A stretch of DNA of 64,000 nt from Alphaproteobacteria bacterium (GCA_045632845.1 JAZQXL010000020.1:35386-99385); one strand, 5' to 3'; numbered from the stretch's first letter, positions 49,926 to 60,591 are shown. The notes: a model not told the origin generated them from the sequence alone. A program made the numbers and translations.

Positions 49926-52328
49926 ATGTTTAAATTTATTCGTTTTTTTATAATGCTCATTTGTTTTTCAGCTTTTCTTGCTTCTCCTATTCAAGCTCAA
50001 GAAAACAACGTCGGTTCTGTTGAAAAAAAGGAAATTAACATTTCTTTAATTGCACAAGATATTCAAAAAATTGAAAACAGTATTTCAAAAACCGTTCCCT
50101 CCAAAACTCAATCTGTTGAAATTGTCAAGCAATTAAATGAGTATTATTCCTTAGCACAAACAAAACGAAACATTGAACAATCAAAATTAGATGAACTGCA
50201 AAAAAAAGTTTCTGCTCTTGGCTCATTAGATGAAGGAGCAAAAGAATCTAAAGAAATTGCTAATCAACGCTCCCAATTTTTAAAAGAAATTGAATCTGTT
50301 AAAACACAAATTTCAAAAACAGATTTAGCAATAGCACAAATTGACACTCTTAATCAAAAAGTTGCAAATCAAAGGACACAAGGCCTTCTAGATACCCTAC
50401 TCGTAAAAAGAAACTCCATTTTAGACATTAAAGAATTTGCAGCAACATTGTTAAATTTTTCAACATTTATATACCATTTATTGCAATATCCTTTATCCTG
50501 GTATCAAGAACAAACAGCAACAGTTCAACATACAACTATTGATAAACTCTTTTCTTTATTATTCTGGGCATTTTCTGCTTTAGGGTTTTCAATTCTTATC
50601 AATATGTTCATTCGAAAAAAATTAGGATACGACCAAGCAATTGAAAAACCAAACTACTCCCAAAAAGTGCAAGCTGGATTTTTTATGATTCTTGCTAGAG
50701 CCATCATTCCAGCAGCAATCCCAGTTGCATTTTTGGCTTGGCGCAATCAAAATCCAGACTTTTTAACAGGTCAATTTGGTACACTTATTGATATTTTTGC
50801 CCACTATTTAATTTATTTGTTTTTATTCACAGGTATTTCGAGCGTTTTATTCACCCCTAAAAAAGAACAATGGCGCTTGATTGAAGTGAACAATGATCGT
50901 GCTTGCAAAATATCAAAAACACTCATTTATTCTATTGTTATCTTATGCTTCTTTTCATTCTTGCATGTTGCAGCAATTAGATTAGGTATTGGGGAAGAAA
51001 CTGTATACGCCATCAAAATGGTCAACAACTGTATTAAAGGCATTTGCATTATGTTTTTAGCCCATGGCCTTTTATATAACAGTACCTCACTAACAGATGA
51101 AGAACTCAACAGTACAGAAGAAGTTCAAGGCCTTTCTCTTTCTTCAAGATTAAGTATTTTAATCATAATTGCATCTGCAATTGTGCTTGGATTTTCATTG
51201 GTTGGCTACGTCAAACTTGCAGAATATGTATACAACCGATTTTTTGTAAGCGTTGCTTTTGTTGGAATCGGATACATTTTTCAAAAATTTATTTTTGTTC
51301 TTTTCCACCAATTAATGAACAAAAAATTTTGGGGCAAAAACTTACGCCTAACAAAACAAAAAGCAAAACGTATTGAGTTTTTATTTAACCTTTTCACAGT
51401 CCCCGTTGTTGGTGCATTTATTATCCTTTGTATATTGGGTGTGTGGGGTGTTTCTGTTGATATTATGATCCAAAATCTTAAAAAAATTCTTATTGGTTTT
51501 GATATTGGTGGTATGCATGTTTCCATCACATCTATCTTTATGGGAATTGTTGCCTTTTTTGTAACAAACACTATTTTCAAAACCATTAAAAACAGTCTTA
51601 CAGAAGGAAAATTATCTGAGGCTTTTGATTTGGATGTCGGTGTTAAAACATCCATTGCGGCATTAATTGGATTTTTTGGCACTATTCTTGCTTTTATTGT
51701 CGCATTAAGCGTTATGGGGGGCAGTTTAAAAGGCCTAGCAATTGCAGCAGGGGCTCTTTCTCTGGGTGCTGGTCTTGGCTTACAAAATGTTGTAAATAAC
51801 TTTGTTTCAGGCATCATTTTATTATTTGAACGTCCTTTTAAAATTGGTGACTGGATTTTAATTGACCAATATGAAGGAATTGTCAAACAAATTAACATGC
51901 GTTCAACACAAATTGAAACCTTCAATAAATCAAATGTTATCATTCCAAATGCAACACTTCTTTCAACCAGCTTAATTAACATGACGTACAAGAACAAGCA
52001 GTCCCGTGTTGATTTGCATGTTGGCGTTGATTATACAAGCGACATTAAATTAGTAACAGATACATTGCTTGAATGCGCCAAAGAAACAAAGGGCATTCTC
52101 CAAGTCCCTGCGCCTTATGTTGCCGTTATGGAATTAGCTGATAACAGCTTAAACTTTAGATTGAGTTTTTATATCTCAGATGTGGGAAATAGACTTTCTA
52201 TGCAAACAACTGTTTATTCTCTTATTGTTGAAAAGTTTAGAGAAAGAAATATCAACATTCCATTCCCTCAACGTGTATTGCATATTCAAAAATCAGAAGA
52301 TCAAAAAGACCTAAATTTTGTTGATTAA
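49926..52328 (+). CDS. large MscS-family mechanosensitive channel
   Basis: Signal peptide, coiled coil, multi-TM, GLGLQNVVNNFVSGIILLFERPFKIGD, IPFPQR. Confidence 0.92.
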   Translation: MFKFIRFFIMLICFSAFLASPIQAQENNVGSVEKKEINISLIAQDIQKIENSISKTVPSKTQSVEIVKQLNEYYSLAQTKRNIEQSKLDELQKKVSALGSLDEGAKESKEIANQRSQFLKEIESVKTQISKTDLAIAQIDTLNQKVANQRTQGLLDTLLVKRNSILDIKEFAATLLNFSTFIYHLLQYPLSWYQEQTATVQHTTIDKLFSLLFWAFSALGFSILINMFIRKKLGYDQAIEKPNYSQKVQAGFFMILARAIIPAAIPVAFLAWRNQNPDFLTGQFGTLIDIFAHYLIYLFLFTGISSVLFTPKKEQWRLIEVNNDRACKISKTLIYSIVILCFFSFLHVAAIRLGIGEETVYAIKMVNNCIKGICIMFLAHGLLYNSTSLTDEELNSTEEVQGLSLSSRLSILIIIASAIVLGFSLVGYVKLAEYVYNRFFVSVAFVGIGYIFQKFIFVLFHQLMNKKFWGKNLRLTKQKAKRIEFLFNLFTVPVVGAFIILCILGVWGVSVDIMIQNLKKILIGFDIGGMHVSITSIFMGIVAFFVTNTIFKTIKNSLTEGKLSEAFDLDVGVKTSIAALIGFFGTILAFIVALSVMGGSLKGLAIAAGALSLGAGLGLQNVVNNFVSGIILLFERPFKIGDWILIDQYEGIVKQINMRSTQIETFNKSNVIIPNATLLSTSLINMTYKNKQSRVDLHVGVDYTSDIKLVTDTLLECAKETKGILQVPAPYVAVMELADNSLNFRLSFYISDVGNRLSMQTTVYSLIVEKFRERNINIPFPQRVLHIQKSEDQKDLNFVD

Positions 52329-52332
52329 ACAT

Positions 52333-52362
52333 AAAAAGCCCTCTTAAACAGAGGGCTTTTTT
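52333..52362. terminator. bidirectional terminator
   Basis: A5-GCCCTCT-taaac-AGAGGGC-T6. Confidence 0.8.
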
Positions 52363-52378
52363 ATTCGTCATTTTACGG

Positions 52379-52912
52379 CTACATATACTTTTTACACACC
52401 TTATCAAAAAGGATTTTTCCTTCTTTTGTTTTAATTTTGTCTTTTGAATGCTGATAAAACTCAGACCAAACCATTTTTGAAATTTTTGAGTTTTCAATAA
52501 AATATCTTAATTGCATCATCATATCAATTTTATCTAAATCTTTAACAAAAAGAGCTTCTTTTGTCTCTTGTTTTTCAAACTCTTCAAACAATGTTTTCAG
52601 CTCAGGACGATTAAGTTCGTTTGAAATTTGAGAAATTGCATCCATTTCTTTTTGTTTTTTTTCATCTAATGAACAATCATCATTTGGAGTAATATCTCCC
52701 GCCCTAATTTCTGCCAAATCATGAATTAATGCTAATTCTAAACATTTTTTCATATCCAAATGAGGAGGTGTATATATCATCGCCAAAAAAGCAACACCCC
52801 AAGAATGATCCGCATCTGATTCTGTTTCAACACAAGAACGAAGAATCCATCCCCTCCGTTTAAGTGATTTTAAATCACCCATCACTTTTAAAATTTTATC
52901 AGGATTGGACAT
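52379..52912 (-). CDS. HD-domain hydrolase (YfbR/HDDC2-like)
   Basis: LKR.GW, ESDADHSW, LIHDLAE..GDITP, DLDK. Confidence 0.88.
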   Translation of the reverse strand: MSNPDKILKVMGDLKSLKRRGWILRSCVETESDADHSWGVAFLAMIYTPPHLDMKKCLELALIHDLAEIRAGDITPNDDCSLDEKKQKEMDAISQISNELNRPELKTLFEEFEKQETKEALFVKDLDKIDMMMQLRYFIENSKISKMVWSEFYQHSKDKIKTKEGKILFDKVCKKYM

Positions 52913-53485
52913 TTATTTAACCTTCAACGCAATTGTTTTAGCAAGATCTGCAAGCATTCTGCTTTGAACAACAATGTAATCTTGATATGAACCATCCATT
53001 TTAGTTTCAAATTTTGATTTTTCACGCACAATGGTTTTGCCATTTTTATCTTTCAATGTCCACCAAACATCTAAAACCGCCACACCATCAAAAGCACCAA
53101 TAAAGTGATTAACCTCAACACTCAAACGATATTTATAACCCGATGTATTTGTAGAATAAAGTTCGGGTTTAATATAAGCATTTGGCAAATAGGATTGTAA
53201 ATCATCAACCAATGTTTGCCTTAATACATCGGGTAAGGGTTCTCCCCAACGATCAAATTCTGAAATCACAATTTCTGGCGTGTCTTTTTCTTTCAAAACA
53301 ATTTGAGGTTTGTAAATCAAGTCAGGAATAACAATAGGCTCCACCAACAAAGATGTTTTATTTAATGAAACAGCATTTTCATTTGAAACACTTTCCAACA
53401 TAAAAAACTTAGAATCTGGACTTCTGCCTGAAAAACACCCAGTCAACAAAATTGAACCAACGCAAAGTAAAACAAATTTTTTCAT
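52913..53485 (-). CDS. PqiC-like ABC auxiliary lipoprotein
   Basis: Lipobox LLTGC, RWGEPL; MCE operon context. Confidence 0.85.
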   Translation of the reverse strand: MKKFVLLCVGSILLTGCFSGRSPDSKFFMLESVSNENAVSLNKTSLLVEPIVIPDLIYKPQIVLKEKDTPEIVISEFDRWGEPLPDVLRQTLVDDLQSYLPNAYIKPELYSTNTSGYKYRLSVEVNHFIGAFDGVAVLDVWWTLKDKNGKTIVREKSKFETKMDGSYQDYIVVQSRMLADLAKTIALKVK

Positions 53486-54300
53486 TATTTTTCCTTTCCT
53501 TTTAAAATGGCTTCTGGGTGGCGTTCCAAATAATCTGTTAAATTTTTAATTGAACGTGAAGCGGCCGAAATATCAGACAAAGTTGTATTTGCATTATTAA
53601 GCGTTTTGTTTGTTTTAACCAAAACTTCTTTTGCTGGTTTAGTCAACTGATCGATTTGATTTGTTAATTTGTTCATTGAACTAAGTAATTCAGCAAATTG
53701 AGGCAAAATAACTGGTAAATTTTCTTCCAACGTACCTAAAACCCGATCAGCACGATCCACCATATCTTTCAACGGTAACCGCTGAATTCCTTGAGAAAGT
53801 TCTTTAATCGTTGAAAGTGTTGTTGGAATTTCAAGAACGCTTGTTTGTCCTTTTCTTTTTAAGACAATGGGGGTATCTGGTTGAAAAACAAGTTCAATCA
53901 TTAACTGCCCAGTCAAATAACTTTGTGTTGCAAGACGGGCTCTTAATCCATGTTGTATCAACTCATTTAACTTAGAGCGTTTATCTGCAATGTTTAAAAA
54001 AGAGGAATCATTCACATCTCTTATTTTTTGGAATTTCACATATACAGGTATACTAAAATCCATTGATTTACCCGTTGTTACCAATTCAATTTGAACAACC
54101 TTACCAACTTCCACCCCCTCTAAAACAACAGGAGATCCAACGGATAAGCCTTTAACAGATTCTTGAAAATACATCACAACAATATTTTGGTGCGATGATG
54201 TCATGCGTTCTAACATAAATTTAGCAACAATGCCAAACAAACAGGCAAACCCGATGAGAACAAACAATCCAACCATCTTGACATTTGCTTTTTTAGACAT
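53485..54300 (-). CDS. MlaD/MCE domain protein
   Basis: SVKGLSVGSPV..GVEVGKV, GLRARL, DYLERHPEAIL. Confidence 0.9.
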   Translation of the reverse strand: MSKKANVKMVGLFVLIGFACLFGIVAKFMLERMTSSHQNIVVMYFQESVKGLSVGSPVVLEGVEVGKVVQIELVTTGKSMDFSIPVYVKFQKIRDVNDSSFLNIADKRSKLNELIQHGLRARLATQSYLTGQLMIELVFQPDTPIVLKRKGQTSVLEIPTTLSTIKELSQGIQRLPLKDMVDRADRVLGTLEENLPVILPQFAELLSSMNKLTNQIDQLTKPAKEVLVKTNKTLNNANTTLSDISAASRSIKNLTDYLERHPEAILKGKEK

Positions 54301-55075
54301 ATTCCGTTTTTCCTCTCGTTAAAAAATTATAAACAGCCTCATTTGGAGGATTCTTCAAAAGATCTTTTGGATTTCCGTGAGCAATGATTTTTTTTGTTTC
54401 AGCATCCAAGAAAATTGAATTATTCCCAATTGCAAAAATTGAACTTAACTCATGCGTTACAATAACCATTGTTGTTCCCAAACTTTTGTTAATATTCAAG
54501 ATTAAATCATCCAATAATTTTGAACTGATTGGATCCAACCCAGCTGAAGGTTCATCAAAATATAAAATATCAGGATCAAGGGCTAAAGCTCTAGCTAAAC
54601 CTGCCCGTTTTTTCATCCCACCACTAATTTGTGAGGGATAAAAATCTTCAAACCCCGCCAAACCAACCAACGCCAATTTTAAAGAAGCAATATCTTTTAT
54701 TGTTTTGGACGAATACGATGTATATTGCTCAAGCGGAAGAGCAATATTCTCTGCCAAGGTCATTGAACTGAATAATCCCCCACTTTGGTATAAAATACCA
54801 CATTTTTTCATCACTTCTTTTTGAACATCTGCCCCAGCTGATGTGAAGTTTTTTCCATCAATATAAACAGATCCCTTTATGGGTGGCAACAACCCTGTCA
54901 ACACACGCAAAAGGGAACTTTTGCCACATCCACTTCCCCCCATAATGATAAAAATGTCTTTTTTATTCACTTCAAAAGACATATCTTTTTGCAAAACAAA
55001 ATCACCATATCCCATTGTTAAATTTTTAACTTGGATTTTAGGATCTAAAACCAATTCTTTTGAAGGTATTTTCAT
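54293..55075 (-). CDS. ABC ATP-binding protein (MlaF/Mkl-like)
   Basis: GGSGCGKS, ISGGMKKRAGLARA, DEPSAGLDP. Confidence 0.92.
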   Translation of the reverse strand: MKIPSKELVLDPKIQVKNLTMGYGDFVLQKDMSFEVNKKDIFIIMGGSGCGKSSLLRVLTGLLPPIKGSVYIDGKNFTSAGADVQKEVMKKCGILYQSGGLFSSMTLAENIALPLEQYTSYSSKTIKDIASLKLALVGLAGFEDFYPSQISGGMKKRAGLARALALDPDILYFDEPSAGLDPISSKLLDDLILNINKSLGTTMVIVTHELSSIFAIGNNSIFLDAETKKIIAHGNPKDLLKNPPNEAVYNFLTRGKTEYV

Positions 55076-56202
55076 ATATTTAACACCTCACAAATCCATG
55101 TAATAATCCCTGTCAACACAATCATCCAGACAATAGATGAAACAACAGCCTTTGTTGTTGCCTTACCAACACTGTCCGCATTTCTACCACAATAAATACC
55201 GTAATAGCAACCACACAAAGAGATAATCACACCAAATACTATTCCATGAAAAATCCCCACAAGGAAATTCACAAGACCAAAAGAATTCAGTGCATACTTC
55301 CAATATTCTTCTGGTGAAATTTCCAATAAAAATGTTCCAACAAAAGCACCCCCTGCCATACCCATAAAATCAGAAAGCATCACCAAAATAGGCATAGAGA
55401 TAAGCAATGACAAAATCCTTGGGAGGACTAAAAAATCAACTGAAGGTATCCCCATTGTTTTAAGCGCATCCAATTCTTCATTAACTTGCATTGTTCCAAT
55501 GGTTGCAGCATAAGAAGCACCCGTTCTACCCGCCATAATAATGCCAACCATAATCGCACCCATAATGCGAATCATTCCAATGGTAACAAGACTGGCCACA
55601 TAAATTTGAGCCCCAAAGGTTTTTAATTGAATGGAACCAACAAAAGCCAAAATCAATCCAACCATAAAACTGATTAATGAAACAATCAAAAGTGCTTTGG
55701 GTCCACATTCATCTAAAGCTGATACAAAATCAACACCCCGAATAACTGCCCGCCCTTTAAAAAAACGACCAATAGAGCGACAAACAGAACCACAAAACAA
55801 AAAACCTTTGGATAGAATGTGATAAAATGAAATTGTTTTTTCACCAATATCTTCTAAAAGACCTTGTTTAACAAGGCTAGGAACTGATGGGTTTCGATCA
55901 ACTGCCAAAGCCAAAGCCAATAAACTTTTTAAAGCATCTGGCATTTTGTCATATGAAACTAAAATATCCTTTTCTTTCGCAAACTTAATCAATTTATATA
56001 AATAAGAAGAAAGCGAACTATCCCAAGAAAGTAATTCTTCCCCTTTAAAAACAAGTTTAGTAATTTTTGATTGGTTAAGAGTAAGAAAACAACTCTCTTT
56101 TTCCTTTAGATTATCAAAAAAATCCAAAGAACCAACCAGATGGAGCGTTAACACGCCATCTTTTTCTTGAAAAGAAAATGAACTTAAAACATCTTTATTC
56201 AT
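55072..56202 (-). CDS. STAS-fused MlaE family permease
   Basis: N-terminal STAS-like WDSS; AGRTGASYAATIGTMQVNEELDAL. Confidence 0.9.
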   Translation of the reverse strand: MNKDVLSSFSFQEKDGVLTLHLVGSLDFFDNLKEKESCFLTLNQSKITKLVFKGEELLSWDSSLSSYLYKLIKFAKEKDILVSYDKMPDALKSLLALALAVDRNPSVPSLVKQGLLEDIGEKTISFYHILSKGFLFCGSVCRSIGRFFKGRAVIRGVDFVSALDECGPKALLIVSLISFMVGLILAFVGSIQLKTFGAQIYVASLVTIGMIRIMGAIMVGIIMAGRTGASYAATIGTMQVNEELDALKTMGIPSVDFLVLPRILSLLISMPILVMLSDFMGMAGGAFVGTFLLEISPEEYWKYALNSFGLVNFLVGIFHGIVFGVIISLCGCYYGIYCGRNADSVGKATTKAVVSSIVWMIVLTGIITWICEVLNI

Positions 56203-56257
56203 AGGTACAAATTAATACAAAATCTTTATTATCTCAAGAGATTTTAACTAAAAAGGC

Positions 56258-57394
56258 CTATTTTGTTTTAGATTTATCTTCTGCTTCATAAAACAACAGC
56301 GTCTTTAAAGCTTTTAATTTTTCCAATTCAATAGCTGGCAGATTTGTTTTATGCCCACTCTTATATAAAAAGCCTTGAATGGGTTCTCCATTTTCAAAAA
56401 CAACCTCTAAAGTTTGTTCACCGCTTCTCGAATAATTTTTTGTTAACCCATGAAATTGATTGTTTGCAAATGAAACTGTCTTTGCTATTTTTCCATCTTC
56501 ATAGTAAACTTTAGCTTCTCCATTTTTTTGATTGTTTGTATAAAAAATCTCACTATGAATCTGTCCTGACTTATAATATTCTTTAGAAACGCCTTCTAAT
56601 CTCCCATTTTTATACATCATTTCAAAAAGAAGAATCCCATCTTTATCATAGATTTTTGAGATACCTTCTCGTTCATTATTTTTAAACAAATACGAAGCTA
56701 TTTTATTTCCTTCTGTATCAAACTCAAATCCTTCCCCTTCTAATATACCATTTTTATAAGGGAATTCTGCTTGTTTTTGTTTGTTGTCATAGAACATATA
56801 AACAACACCATCAACAACATCATTTTTAAAAGGAACTTGCATTTTCAAAATACCAGTTTTGGAATACACATCTTTGACACCTTCTAATCTATCATTTTGA
56901 TAAAAAGAAGATTCCTTTAACTGTCCATTTTCATAATAAATCTTGTCACTACCATTTTGCAGACCTTTGTTATAAGTTGTTTCTTGCTTAATAATACCTG
57001 AAGGATAAAATTCTTTAACAACACCAGTAAGCAAATCATTTTCATAATGCTCTTCATATTTAACTTGACCAGTTTCATAATACTCTTGTAGCAACCCCTC
57101 TGTCTTATCATTCACACGAGAATAAATCATCATCAAATTCCCATTTGAATAATATTGCTTAAACTGCCCGTGAATCTGATCATCAAGATATGAGATTTCC
57201 ATACGAAGTTGCCCATTGTCATAATAATACTTAGCAAGACCATTTCTTTTATCATTCAAATACGTAATTTCAGATTGCACCTTACCATTTGAAAAATACG
57301 TACGTTTTGTATATTCCCTTTCAACCAAAAAATAAGATGCACAACCAAAAACAATCGCACAAAAAATCAAAAAAAGAACTATTTTTTTTATCAT
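56258..57394 (-). CDS. membrane-anchored MORN-variant (YwqK-like) repeat protein
   Basis: 24-aa repeats YYxNGQL..Y.ND...G; N-terminal TM. Confidence 0.88.
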   Translation of the reverse strand: MIKKIVLFLIFCAIVFGCASYFLVEREYTKRTYFSNGKVQSEITYLNDKRNGLAKYYYDNGQLRMEISYLDDQIHGQFKQYYSNGNLMMIYSRVNDKTEGLLQEYYETGQVKYEEHYENDLLTGVVKEFYPSGIIKQETTYNKGLQNGSDKIYYENGQLKESSFYQNDRLEGVKDVYSKTGILKMQVPFKNDVVDGVVYMFYDNKQKQAEFPYKNGILEGEGFEFDTEGNKIASYLFKNNEREGISKIYDKDGILLFEMMYKNGRLEGVSKEYYKSGQIHSEIFYTNNQKNGEAKVYYEDGKIAKTVSFANNQFHGLTKNYSRSGEQTLEVVFENGEPIQGFLYKSGHKTNLPAIELEKLKALKTLLFYEAEDKSKTK

Positions 57395-57550
57395 TGAAAC
57401 CTCATAAAAATTTCTTTTAGTATAGAAAAGTCCCACGAATTGTCAACAAAATATCAAATTTTGTAACTTTTTGTTCTTTTAACTTGCTTTTAAATAAATA
57501 CGTATGATATGGTTCAAAAGGGTTATATACAAAAATAGGTATCAATAAGA

Positions 57551-58132
57551 ATGAATAAAAAACTAAAAATCAGCATCATCTCTATCATAATTATCGCAGC
57601 ACTTGGTTTTGCAGGTTTCTGGCTTGAAAAACAAAAGACTGAAACAAATACGCTAACAAAAACTGTAAACACACAAAGTGCAAAAAATTTACAATTGCGT
57701 ATTTTGTCAGGTATGGTCTATCGACATTTAGCTGGGTATGATCTGGTTTGTAAAGAAGCGGGCTATCCTTTAAAAAAATACCCAGAATATTTTTCCCAAA
57801 AATATAAAACATCCATCCAAAAAATAAATGATGCATGGGAAGCTGATGGCAAAAATTTAGAAGACGTTTTGATTCATTTTGATAAAAAAATATATCCAAC
57901 AATCGCACACGACATCAAAAAAGAACTCATAGATATTGAAAGATTAACTGCTAAATACATTTTAGCTCATCAACAAAAAGTTTCTGTTGATAAAATTGAA
58001 TGGACAGATGAACTTGAAAATAAATTAAATCTAAAAGATGCCTGTTTATTATTAGACGATGAAGCTGCATTTTTCTTAGATCAATCTGCTTTTGATAAAG
58101 AGTTTAACGACAGAGTTAAAGAGCTCGATTAA
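57551..58132 (+). CDS. hypothetical membrane-anchored protein
   Basis: N-terminal TM helix; no other motif. Confidence 0.7.
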   Translation: MNKKLKISIISIIIIAALGFAGFWLEKQKTETNTLTKTVNTQSAKNLQLRILSGMVYRHLAGYDLVCKEAGYPLKKYPEYFSQKYKTSIQKINDAWEADGKNLEDVLIHFDKKIYPTIAHDIKKELIDIERLTAKYILAHQQKVSVDKIEWTDELENKLNLKDACLLLDDEAAFFLDQSAFDKEFNDRVKELD

Positions 58133-58142
58133 TATTTTTTAA

Positions 58143-58385
58143 GAATCGGTATTGACTCGAGTCGAATAAAAATATATACATATGCAACGAATCTATTTTG
58201 ACTCATTGTACAAAAAAGCTCAAATATCAAAAAAGTGTACAAATTCAAAAACAATGGACACAATATATTGAAAACAAGAATCAAGATATTGCGTCAAGAA
58301 ATTTATTTGCAAAAATTAACAAAAAGTTAATTGCTATTTGCAAATATTTTTTTAAGATATGAATCAAGATAGGACACAAAGACTC
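58143..58385 (+). promoter_or_regulatory. dnaA upstream region with 8 GANTC sites and a CtrA-type box
   Basis: GANTC at 58143, 58154, 58159, 58189, 58200, 58278, 58361, 58381; TTAA-N7-TTAA at 58316-58330. Confidence 0.65.
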
Positions 58386-58401
58386 AAGGAAGACAAAAAA
58401 G

Positions 58402-59889
58402 ATGGTTGAACAGTTATCAAATACTCTAAACTATGAATGGCAAAAAATCTGCGCTTGTTTAGAGAAAGATCAAGGAAATAAACTCGCAACACGTTTATTA
58501 AAACGTGTTGTCCCCAATGGTATGGTGGAAAATGAAGTTTATTTAAGTGTTCCTACCACTTGTATTCATGATTTTATTAAACAAAACTATGCCGACCAAC
58601 TCCTTTCTTTGTGGAAACAAGAAAATCCTCTTGTTAATGGGTTAAAATTCAAACTCGAATCGCAACCATCTGCATTTATAGCTCCACAACCTGAGACACC
58701 TGTCAAACCTGTTGAGGTTCCAGTTCAACAAATGCCAGAGCAACCCTGTTTTTTTGCAGATGATCAAGCCAAAAGCAAACAGATTCTCTTTGAACAAACT
58801 GAAAATAAAACATTAGAAACAGAGATTATTCCCCAAACGGAAGAAGTTCAAGTTCCTTGCTATTTAGATACAAGTCATACTTTCGACTCCTTTGTTGTGG
58901 GAAAATCTAATGAATTTGCTTATGCTGCAGCACGTCGAGTCGCAGAAGACGATTCAATTTCATTCAATCCTCTTTACATCCATGCCCCTGCAGGACTTGG
59001 AAAAACACACTTAATGCATGCAACGGCATGGCGTATTAAAGAGTTATACCCAGAAAAAACTGTTTTATATTTATCGTCAGAACAATTCTTTCAACAATTT
59101 GTTAAGGCATTAAGATACAACAGTACAGAATCATTCCACAATCTGGTTAGAAATGTTGATGTTTTAATGATTGATGATATTCAATTTATTTTTGGCAAAA
59201 AAGCAACTCAAGAAGAATTTTTCCACACATTCAACACATTAATCGCCCGTGGAAAGAAAGTGATTCTCTCGGCCGATTCAAATCCTTTAGATTTGCAAGG
59301 CATTGAAGATAGGTTAAAAACCAGAATCGCCCAAGGTCTTGTTGTGAACATTCAACCAACATCTTTTGAATTGCGTTTAGGCATTTTGCAAGAAAAAACA
59401 AAAGCATTAAGAACCCCTGTTCCATTAGATGTACTAGAATTTTTGGCAAAAAACATTACAGCCAGTGTCCGTGAATTGGAAGGGGCATTAAAACGAGTCG
59501 TTGCAAAAGCAGAGTTAATTGGAACGCCAATCAATGTTGAAACAACACACGAAATTTTAAGAGATATTATTCAAATTTATGAAAAACAAATCTCGGTTGC
59601 CGATATTTTACAAAGCACTGCAAATTACTATGCACTCAAAATGGCTGATTTAAAATCTGTAAGAAGAGACAGACGAATCGCACGTCCGCGACAATTGGCT
59701 ATGTATCTGTCCAAAATGTTAACACCGCTTTCTTTACCAGATATTGGAACACATTTTGAACGCGACCATACAACCATTTTACATGCAATCAAAACAATTG
59801 AAGGGTTGTTACAAAGAGATTCGCAACTTCAAAAAGATATGCAAAAAATCACTATGAGCTTGAAAGAGGGGAGTTATGCCCAATATTAA
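58402..59889 (+). CDS. dnaA: chromosomal replication initiator DnaA
   Basis: TFDSFVVGKSN, GLGKTHL, IDDIQF, RELEGAL, RDHTTILHA. Confidence 0.98.
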   Translation: MVEQLSNTLNYEWQKICACLEKDQGNKLATRLLKRVVPNGMVENEVYLSVPTTCIHDFIKQNYADQLLSLWKQENPLVNGLKFKLESQPSAFIAPQPETPVKPVEVPVQQMPEQPCFFADDQAKSKQILFEQTENKTLETEIIPQTEEVQVPCYLDTSHTFDSFVVGKSNEFAYAAARRVAEDDSISFNPLYIHAPAGLGKTHLMHATAWRIKELYPEKTVLYLSSEQFFQQFVKALRYNSTESFHNLVRNVDVLMIDDIQFIFGKKATQEEFFHTFNTLIARGKKVILSADSNPLDLQGIEDRLKTRIAQGLVVNIQPTSFELRLGILQEKTKALRTPVPLDVLEFLAKNITASVRELEGALKRVVAKAELIGTPINVETTHEILRDIIQIYEKQISVADILQSTANYYALKMADLKSVRRDRRIARPRQLAMYLSKMLTPLSLPDIGTHFERDHTTILHAIKTIEGLLQRDSQLQKDMQKITMSLKEGSYAQY

Positions 59890-60328
59890 TTCTTTCAATA
59901 ACCCATTTATGTTGGGATTTGAAGAATTTGAAAATATGCTCCTTCAAATTTCAAAGGGTTCAGAAAATTTTCCTCCTTACAACATTGAACAGTTGGATGA
60001 AGAATATTTAAGATTAACATTAGCTGTTGCAGGATACAAGGAACAAGATTTGGAAGTTTCAATGGAGGAAAATCAACTTACCATTAGAGGAAAACAATTT
60101 AATGATCCCAATCGTCATTTTATCCACAAAGGAATATCCTCTCGCTCTTTTATTAAATCTTTTGTTTTAGCAGATGGACTTGAAATAAAAGGCGCTATAT
60201 TGGAAGACGGATTATTAAAAATAGATTTCAAAAGAAAAATCAAACAAAAAAACATTCAAAAAATTACAATTAAAACTCAACAATCAAGCCAGTTGGTTTT
60301 ATCAACAAAAGGAGATGAAGATGAGTAA
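59876..60328 (+). CDS. small heat-shock protein (Hsp20)
   Basis: FPPYNIE, LAVAGY, HKGISSRSF, LEDGLL. Confidence 0.93.
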   Translation: MPNINSFNNPFMLGFEEFENMLLQISKGSENFPPYNIEQLDEEYLRLTLAVAGYKEQDLEVSMEENQLTIRGKQFNDPNRHFIHKGISSRSFIKSFVLADGLEIKGAILEDGLLKIDFKRKIKQKNIQKITIKTQQSSQLVLSTKGDEDE

Positions 60329-60545
60329 GGAAATTAATATTGATATAAATGATGAAGCTTTATCTTTATTGAATATGGTTACCTTCACTTCAGAAAAAGC
60401 TTATATCAAGCAAGAATCTCTTAATAACGACATGGTTTGGTCTATCTATAATGAACAAGGTGAAAAGATGGGATACGCTGCGTCTAGAGAAGTTGCCTTT
60501 GCAATTGTCAGCCAAAATCAATTCATTGGATTGAGTGTTCATTAA
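60321..60545 (+). CDS. DUF1150-like protein
   Basis: AYIK..WSIY..GE..SREVAFA..LSVH C-terminus; follows Hsp20 as in Alphaproteobacteria. Confidence 0.7.
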   Translation: MSKEINIDINDEALSLLNMVTFTSEKAYIKQESLNNDMVWSIYNEQGEKMGYAASREVAFAIVSQNQFIGLSVH

Positions 60546-60562
60546 AAAATATTTTTTCTCTC

Positions 60563-60591
60563 TTGAAAAAGCATTTTAATCTCCCTATACT
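60563..60591 (+). promoter_or_regulatory. sigma70 promoter of cold-shock gene
   Basis: TTGAAA-N17-TATACT, giving a ~100-nt leader. Confidence 0.6.

Noticed and set aside
51281-51997. 238-aa minus-strand ORF
   Set aside because: Antisense shadow of the MscS gene
56258-57394. YwqK antitoxin of a toxin-antitoxin pair
   Set aside because: No adjacent toxin; an N-terminal TM and many MORN-variant repeats fit a generic envelope protein
58133-58401. oriC upstream of dnaA
   Set aside because: No consensus TTATCCACA boxes seen here; the matches I noticed lie scattered inside coding regions
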